Source of the DNA: Schizochytrium sp. TIO01
Taxonomy: Eukaryota > Protista > Bigyra: Labyrinthulomycetes
Direction of reading: 5' to 3'
Length of the DNA stretch: 64,000 nt
Assembly: GCA_004764695.1 (NCBI GenBank)
Contig: SMSO01000032.1
Coordinates: 2,232,001-2,296,000 of the forward strand
Below the pieces are notes generated by a model. That model worked only from the letters and a program-made list of their open reading frames with translations, did not search any database and was not told the origin of the DNA. Made by a program: the position numbers and the translations under genes. Of this stretch, positions 57,001 to 64,000 are shown piece after piece. Position 1 is the first letter of the stretch. Each line of letters begins with the position of its first letter.

Positions 57001-59746
57001 GCACATAGGCACGCACGCACCCACCTTTCCAAATAAAAACTACAGTTACTTATGTTTATGTACTAGTAGTAAGGTAGATAGTAGGTACGCTCTCTACTTG
57101 GGCTGCGCTATTCAGAGATAAACCTATGTGAACCAAATGAAACGAGAAAAGAGAATACTGGGAGGAACAGATAGATATCAATCACCTCCAGATTTTTGCA
57201 AATGTCAACTTGAAAAACAAAAATAGAATATACTTTTTTTTCTTTTCATTCCTTTTACATTATTATTCATCTTATCTATGAACCTTTCAGGACTTAGATG
57301 TATTCTCCTCGACTGTATCGACTGCCCACATGCAACAGCACTATCTCCTTGCCACCTCCGTCATATACGTCTATCGAAGAAAATGTTCTTTCAACCTTGG
57401 CCGACACCAGGATTGTCATTGCTGCAACAAAAGACAGGTACTAGTACTCTGTTTATTATCATAGCAAGGACATCGGGCTTCGTCATGACTCACATACAAA
57501 AGAGCACCAGACTATATCAGTTGATCCTTTCCCAGAAAAGAGAATTGAGCAGAAATCCTTAGAGCAGGTACTTGCCTAATAACATTATGAAGGACGGAAG
57601 TACTTCGACATGTACTTAGTGGCTTTAGCTTGATCCTCTTTAGGTAGCACTCGTTCCCTCTGCTATTTCCACACAGTTTTGAATGTTTCTATCGTCCCTG
57701 CTCATTTGCTTCCAGGCTCTGCACCGGCCCCCTTTTTCTCCCTCTGCTACCCTGCGTCTTAAATCTTCAGGTTTTCACCAGCAAAATCCAGCAAAAAAAG
57801 CATACCAGCACTTTGGAAGTAGAAACTTCCATAAATCTGAAATCGAAGGAGGGTAACTTGAGCTAAATCTAATTCTTCATAAATCAGCCTGCCACAGCCC
57901 TCAGCTTTTAAAAAGAATAACTGCAGATTATAATACTAAGACAATGAAAATGCAGAATCACCAGAATCTTAGAATAGTGGCTCTCGAGTACAAGGAAAGA
58001 TCTGTACGTACTAGCCTCGATGAAAATTCTGTGGACCCTTCGCTGCGCGTTTTCACGCGCTGAGGCCAAAATGCTGTGGTTACAGTTTACTATACACGTA
58101 CAATGGTAATATAAATTCTTCGGAACGCTCTACTTGATTATGAGTGTGGGCCTGAGGTTTAAAGAGAATCGAAGTTTTTTTCTTTTTTAAGAATACAAGG
58201 AAAGCGTACCAGAGGTAAGCACATGATACGAAGTTTTGGTTCCTCGGCAATGCTGGGCTAGTAAGACCTCCAACTAAATTGATGCTCCGATAAAATAATA
58301 AATATAACTTGGTGTGCATGTGTGTCAAAAGCAATTCTTTAGTTGCCTTCATGTGTGTCGATCAATTGAAAATTTAGCCTCACGAAATGTCATCGGCCGG
58401 CAGCATGCGACCACAAGCACCATGAGCAGAAAAGGATGCATGGGTCCTTTCAAGTTCCCGGTGATGCGCCTTGAGCTGGAGTAACTGTGTGCGGATATGA
58501 GCTCTATTGCTTGTCTAGTATGTACGTACCTAGTCACACCAATGTAGCCTATATAAATAGATAAATATTAACATTTATTTTCCGTGATCACCATGATTCG
58601 GCTTGTTCAATAGAGAAAAAGAATTCTAGGTACAATATCAAGTTAACTCTATTCTGTATATCTTGTTTGTCTGATGGTAAGCAAAGACTTGAGTAGATGA
58701 TAGCCTATTTATGGCATAGGCGTAGGTTCAATCAAATCAAATTCAACAGTTGATCCCCTTTTACCCATATTGCTTTAAGAGCTTTTTCAAGATGAAGATA
58801 GTATGACTTTCATAGAACATTCATGTTCTTGAATATTCCAAACCCGCATATGAAATTGTTGTGAAGTCATCTTCAAGCATGCCTCGTCTGTATAGCGACC
58901 TATAAATGACCAAAATTCTCAATCAAAGGAATTTAGAGCTTAGGCTGGGAATACTCGGATTGCTGTATTGTAGTATTATTGCAGAAACATTCTTCTTTCG
59001 TCTCAAAAATACACGATTCTGCCTTTGAAATAAATTACAACCTAATAAAGAACAAGATCGAATAAAAGTCACTCGGAAAGTTAGGTATAACTAATTTTTG
59101 AATAAACACAACCCATGCTCCAGATTCATGCTGAAAGGGCTTGTTGAAGAACCACCACAATGAAAATAACGGAAGGCATTGACCAGAGCACTTAAATTTT
59201 AAAAAGATATTATCAATCGAATTGCCTTCGATCGATCAGAGAGATTGTCATCCTAGCACATAAATAGCGCATATATTCTTAATAGGCCAATATTAACTCT
59301 AGCCAATTTATAAATTCAATTCATATATGTTCATCCATGAGCATAAAGTCATTTTGAGATCTATTCTGGACTGTTTAAATTTAAGTTTGGAGTTCTGATG
59401 GGATAGCATTTCGAAGGTAATTCCCGCGACCTTCGTTTTTGTCTTCAATTCGAAAATTTTGGTCTCTGCCGACGTTTGCGCAGTGCTAGCTCGTCGAGTC
59501 TGCAGATTTTGGAATCGAATCTTTCTACAGTATGCTCTACATCTAGATACTGATTTTTATGAGGAGGCTCTGAGCACAAGCTGAAAGTTTTATGTCTCTC
59601 CTGATTCCCCTCTTCTTAAAAGCCCTCCATTCTATAAACATAAATTTAACTAGAGCCCTGCTAGTATATGCCTAGAGGTAGTTACTACCTAGGGGTAGGT
59701 ATGTTGAAACAAATGATAATCCTGGAAACCGGAACGCGGCGATTCT

Positions 59747-60592
59747 ATGGCTTTCTCTGGGTTGAGTCCTCTTTGTGAGGACTGGCAAGCCTTTCTTTTG
59801 CGCCGAGAACGCGAAGGGCCTTTGGTTGCTCTCAAATCTCTTTCGCCAAAAATCCAGGCTCTTTTGCAGCAGGACCATGAACTAGAATCAAGCGATGAGA
59901 ACAAACGTAAGGGTCTTGGGAGCGTGAGGTTGCCAGGCTCCAAGAATGTATCGCTCCCGCTAAAACTCGTCTCTGGCTTCGATCCAGCGCCAAGAAAATC
60001 TTTAGAATGGCCACCTACAGTCTTGAGAGCCCGAGATGTGCTTCCTGATGCAGCAGAGGTAATTCGTATAAGCAGACTAGACATTGAGCGCCAAGACCCA
60101 TTCAAGGCGGGCTCTAGTGCATACCAACTAGCGAAGACACTTGCACAAAGCAATGACATTGGGGAAGTGTCACGACATTGTTCTGTTGAGGATTGGCGTG
60201 AAGGACTTACTCAGGTATTTGGCAAGAATTTTTGCGAAGCAGTAACAGTTGACCAATGGAATACATGGCTATCCAAGGCTCATGGCACTGCCCTCCCTGA
60301 CTTGATCCTCGAGGATGTAATTTGCTTATTGCTGAGTCAGCAACACTGGGGCAATCAAGAAACCCATGTAGAACAGGATCAATATTTCAACAAATGTTCT
60401 TCTTTGGCAATTTCTTCGATGGAAAAGAGTTCATGGCTGATACTCGAACCTTCAGGAATGGCAAAGAAATTGCAACAACTTAATCTTCCGAGTCTAATGA
60501 CTGGAGGATCTGGCTCACGACTTGAGCGTGCTCTCGCTCAAACGTACCATAAACAGCGAAACAAGTTACTAACTTTAGCTGCTCTAAATTGA
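59747..60592 (+). CDS. Hypothetical protein (281 aa)
   Basis: Long ATG-initiated ORF with coding-like composition, convergent with the helicase gene. No family recognised. Confidence 0.6.
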   Translation: MAFSGLSPLCEDWQAFLLRREREGPLVALKSLSPKIQALLQQDHELESSDENKRKGLGSVRLPGSKNVSLPLKLVSGFDPAPRKSLEWPPTVLRARDVLPDAAEVIRISRLDIERQDPFKAGSSAYQLAKTLAQSNDIGEVSRHCSVEDWREGLTQVFGKNFCEAVTVDQWNTWLSKAHGTALPDLILEDVICLLLSQQHWGNQETHVEQDQYFNKCSSLAISSMEKSSWLILEPSGMAKKLQQLNLPSLMTGGSGSRLERALAQTYHKQRNKLLTLAALN

Positions 60593-60841
60593 TTCCGTAG
60601 ACAACTATGTTGTAATTTAATTCTTTTGTTCACAAAAAAACAGGGACATTGAAAAGGGGGAAATAGTTTATAGAGACATGCACACAGACCAATGTTGTCG
60701 GAGGTGATGCCTTGGGACGTTTGGGTGCTAGAAAATAAGAACATAAGTTTGTGGCTCCGCGAGATGTTGAACAATCTCTCTAAATTAAAAAAGATATCCT
60801 GATCTTACTATGCTAATGGAATTCCGTTTGTGTCTGTCTTT

Positions 60842-62476
60842 TCACTCGTCTCCACCTTCCGCCTTCTCTGCTTCCTCCTTTGCTGCTTTCGCTTCAAACT
60901 TCCGACGTTTGTTGTCCCTGTGCTGCCGAATTTTCTTGAGATCAGGGTCGTCTTCACCTTGATCAACCAGACGCTGTAGATATTGATCAACCTTCTGGTT
61001 GCATTGCTGGAGAAGTGCGATGAGACTAGGGGCAAGAGGTGCAAGGTTTCTCGTGAAAAACGAGTATGCTACACCGGGTCGGTCTTGTCGACCAGTTCGA
61101 CCCACGCGGTGAACATACACCTCGAGAGAACCAGGAAAGTCATAGTTTACCACGAAGGGAAGTCCCTTAATATCAATGCCCCGGCCAGCAACGTCTGTAG
61201 CAACGAGGATGCGAGCCTTGCCAGCCTTAAAGTCACGAAGGGAACGCTCGCGCTCCACCTGGGTAAGATTTCCATGAAGAGCAACACACTTGCGTTTGGG
61301 ATGCTTACGGATCAAGGTCTCTACAAACTTGACAGTCTTGATCTTTGTACAAAAGATAAGTACGCTACTCGGGTTACGCAAACGATTTTGCTCTTTATCT
61401 TCGGCCTCCACCTTGTCAAGGAACTTATTTAGCTTCATGGGCTTCTTGTGTTCTGCAACTACCTGCACAATCTGGGTGATGGAGGATGAAATCCCATGAG
61501 CTGCGAGTGCTGACGCAGCAGCCTTTTCTTGTTCTGTGGCAGAACCATCTCCGGCTGCACCTGCTATACCAGCGTCTTCTTGGTCTTCAGCATTTTCTAC
61601 AGGCATGAACTTGCCATTTGCACCAATCCGGAAACGCAGAGGCTGCTTTTTAAGCAGCTTGAGGTCTTCAAGCACAAGTTGGAGCTTGGGAGGAAAGGTG
61701 GCGCTCAGAAGAATGGATTGAGGAGAGTTCTGGTACTCACGGAGTGCCGCGACAAATTCACGAATTTGGGGCTCAAAACCCATGTCAAGCATACGATCAC
61801 ACTCATCGAGCACAAGCATAGTCGTGCACTCAAGGCTGAGGTCATTAGCCCGCACGAGATCAAGAGCACGCCCAGGAGTGGCAAAGACAAGCTCGATGTT
61901 AGTGCTCTGTAAGGTATCTACCTGCTCCTTACGGTCTTTTCCACCGTATGCAGCCATGCACGAGATCATGTATGGTTTGCAGAAGCGCCTTGCCGTCGAC
62001 TCAACCTGTTTAGCCAATTCACGCGTAGGCAACAATGTGAAAACACTTGGGCTGTTATGACGCGTAGACCTGCGCTCCTTCGACTTTTTGGCCCGAGTCT
62101 GTTTCTCAAGAACATGTGCAAGGCCTGGGAGGAGGTATGCAATTGACTTTCCAGATCCCGTAGGCGCAATTCCAAGCACATCATGGCCCTCTAGCACTGC
62201 AGGCCATGTGACACTCTGAATGGCTGTTGGTGTGGTTAAAGTCCCTCGACTATTACGAAAACATTCAGCAAAACATGAAGGAAGCCGAGAATCTTCAATC
62301 GTGCTTGCTGCCTCTGGAAGATTGAGCTCGGCAGCAACTTCTTCATTGGTCTTGAGATTGTCAGAGGCACCCGCCTCCTCTTGAGAGCCTGTGGCACCCT
62401 CAGCATTCTTGGCTGCACGCTTGGCCTGTTCACGCCGGCGCTTACGGCCTTGCGATTTTTTCTTTGGGTCTTCCAT
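60842..62476 (-). CDS. DEAD-box RNA helicase, Dbp2/Dbp3-like, with DECD motif II
   Basis: Q motif PTAIQ, APTGSGKS, PTRELA, ATPGR, DECD, SAT, ATDVAGRGID and HRVGRTGR. Confidence 0.95.
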   Translation of the reverse strand: MEDPKKKSQGRKRRREQAKRAAKNAEGATGSQEEAGASDNLKTNEEVAAELNLPEAASTIEDSRLPSCFAECFRNSRGTLTTPTAIQSVTWPAVLEGHDVLGIAPTGSGKSIAYLLPGLAHVLEKQTRAKKSKERRSTRHNSPSVFTLLPTRELAKQVESTARRFCKPYMISCMAAYGGKDRKEQVDTLQSTNIELVFATPGRALDLVRANDLSLECTTMLVLDECDRMLDMGFEPQIREFVAALREYQNSPQSILLSATFPPKLQLVLEDLKLLKKQPLRFRIGANGKFMPVENAEDQEDAGIAGAAGDGSATEQEKAAASALAAHGISSSITQIVQVVAEHKKPMKLNKFLDKVEAEDKEQNRLRNPSSVLIFCTKIKTVKFVETLIRKHPKRKCVALHGNLTQVERERSLRDFKAGKARILVATDVAGRGIDIKGLPFVVNYDFPGSLEVYVHRVGRTGRQDRPGVAYSFFTRNLAPLAPSLIALLQQCNQKVDQYLQRLVDQGEDDPDLKKIRQHRDNKRRKFEAKAAKEEAEKAEGGDE

Positions 62477-62821
62477 TCTCCCGAATGCAAGTTCCGATGC
62501 CCTTGCTCACAACAATACGGCAAGTCTCTCGCACGCAAGCCTTGAACACCTGACTGGGAACTGCTGCAATTAGTAGCAGCCACCCAAGGCGAATACTCAA
62601 TGGACAATGCGTTTTCCAAAATTTTGGGTTGTGCAAGATGAAAGTAAGACTCTAAGGACTCCTATAGTAGATAATAATTAATCTTCTTTCCATTCCGGAT
62701 TCTATGCTTTCTTTAAGCAAAATGGAGACCTATTCTTTATTGCAAATTAGGTTGTTCTAAATTATTTCAAGGTGCAAGGCAGGCTCGACAACTTTGAGCA
62801 GAGTGATTCACCCATTGATGA

Positions 62822-64000
62822 TTAGTTTTCTGGTCTAAAGTCGGAACGTTTTGAAGTAGTAGGGGACAACTCTGGATTGCTGGTACGGCGACCTGGTGAG
62901 CTGTTTGTCGAATGACGTTGGGAAATGCGGCGACTTAAACGATGCAGTAGTGAGCGTCTTTGAGATGTTTCATCATGTGGCTCAATCCAGCTTGTGGCAT
63001 TGTCTGCGTACGCATAAGCGTCTTCTTTGGTCCATACATACTCAAGAGCTGACTGAATTGTGTCCCGTAAACCTCGTCGAATCCTTCTTTTCATTGTATT
63101 ATTTGCTTCATCAGATTCCTCACCCTCATCGTTTTGATTCATAAAGAAATCTTGATTCTCATCTTCTTCGATCTTTTCCTGGTTCCAAGCTACAGAAGGA
63201 CTTTTGTGATTTTGTGTAAGACTCGAGCGAACTTTGAAATGGGGCCTGTTTTCGCTGAGATTATGAGTATGGACATTTTCTGCACTTTGTAATTTGAATG
63301 GGTTCTTTCCATATATGTCCACAGTGTCTTGAGCGTTATCCTCAATGTGTACTGATTCTGAAGAATCATTATATGACTTCAGACATGAGCCATGTTTACT
63401 CCTCACACTAGCCAAATAAACTTCAAGACGTTCACGAATGTCCTCATAAATCTCAGGCTGCTCCAGGATCCGATTCTGCCACTGGCTTCCTTCAAATTGA
63501 TCAAATGCTTTAGTAAGGTTGCTCACAAACTCCAATGGTACAGCACCTTTGCTAACCAGGTTAAGGACTGCCGGAGGCACAAACGAAAGCTTGAGATCAA
63601 TAAATTGAATATTTGCAAAATAACAGCTTCCATCTTCAAGAATTTGAATGTAGTATGCTGCACGGATGTCAAAGCGGGTGTATCCAGGCGTTAAGTCAGG
63701 AACAGTAAATCCATCTTGCGTAAAGTCCTTCGGAAGAGTTCTTACCCCAATACAAATGGCAGACCGTTCTTGAGTTATGTCATAGCCTTTGCCTTCAATA
63801 ATGACTTCACGTTTAGAGATGGGTAAGAATAATGGCGGTTGAATACGTATACGTGTGAATCTAGAGAACTTAGTCTCTGCTTTAAGAACTTCGTTTGACT
63901 TCATGAGCCCTCGTGGGAAATAATTTGGCATTAAATCAACTTCAGCGAAAAGACTCACAAGAGCAAGAAACGTATATGTTGCTGGCTTGCCGGGTACAGC
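62822..64000 (-). CDS. START/SRPBCC-like lipid-binding domain protein, 5' end outside the window
   Basis: Frame open to the window edge. AEVDLMPNYFP...P.FLPISKRE.II...GYD...DLKLSFVPPAVLNLV resembles the C-terminal half of START-like domains, followed by a disordered tail. Confidence 0.7.
   Translation of the reverse strand, partial: AVPGKPATYTFLALVSLFAEVDLMPNYFPRGLMKSNEVLKAETKFSRFTRIRIQPPLFLPISKREVIIEGKGYDITQERSAICIGVRTLPKDFTQDGFTVPDLTPGYTRFDIRAAYYIQILEDGSCYFANIQFIDLKLSFVPPAVLNLVSKGAVPLEFVSNLTKAFDQFEGSQWQNRILEQPEIYEDIRERLEVYLASVRSKHGSCLKSYNDSSESVHIEDNAQDTVDIYGKNPFKLQSAENVHTHNLSENRPHFKVRSSLTQNHKSPSVAWNQEKIEEDENQDFFMNQNDEGEESDEANNTMKRRIRRGLRDTIQSALEYVWTKEDAYAYADNATSWIEPHDETSQRRSLLHRLSRRISQRHSTNSSPGRRTSNPELSPTTSKRSDFRPEN

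Noticed and set aside
13486-62476. Ribosome-biogenesis cluster (RLP24, EMG1, Dbp3-like helicase)
   Set aside because: Widely separated members of a large functional class; compatible with chance.
1-64000. Genome-wide stop-codon reassignment as the explanation for the ABCG UGA
   Set aside because: TGA ends other genes at plausible positions (for example 7282, 26551, 39453, 60842), and no other conserved gene here has an internal TGA.

Overview
Eukaryotic nuclear DNA: intron-poor (one clear GT-AG intron), moderate GC, with long intergenic stretches that contain A/T tracts and decayed coding-like sequence. Gene style and content suggest a heterotrophic stramenopile such as a thraustochytrid; this is inference only. 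About 19 protein-coding loci are supported: arylsulfatase, UPF0193/EVG1-like, GAS2-type calponin-homology protein, double VTT/DedA membrane protein, RLP24, GT13 GnT-I-like glycosyltransferase, JMJD7, EMG1, Sulfotransfer_4 protein, two tandem ABCG half-transporters, a small Tudor protein, F-box/LRR, a DOT1-like methyltransferase fusion, a double-hotdog thioesterase, a roughly 1850-aa repeat-rich surface protein, an orphan ORF, a DECD-box helicase and a truncated START-like gene. There is also one tRNA-Lys(UUU) and two probable MULE transposase relics. Best leads: (1) a DOT1-type methyltransferase fused to the TTLL12 SET-like domain with no TTL domain; (2) a GnT-I (GT13) catalytic domain carrying a GnT-V/MGAT5-type C-terminal Cys-rich domain; (3) an in-frame UGA in an otherwise intact ABCG transporter whose tandem paralog carries a +1 shift at GAA-TAG (recoding, mutation or assembly error); (4) a giant surface protein whose VWD, 4x132-aa repeat and mucin cassette appears inserted into a split SEA-like domain; (5) recurrent TpA-dense intergenic patches that may reflect a RIP-like process. 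All family assignments come from motif recognition by eye; no searches were run.
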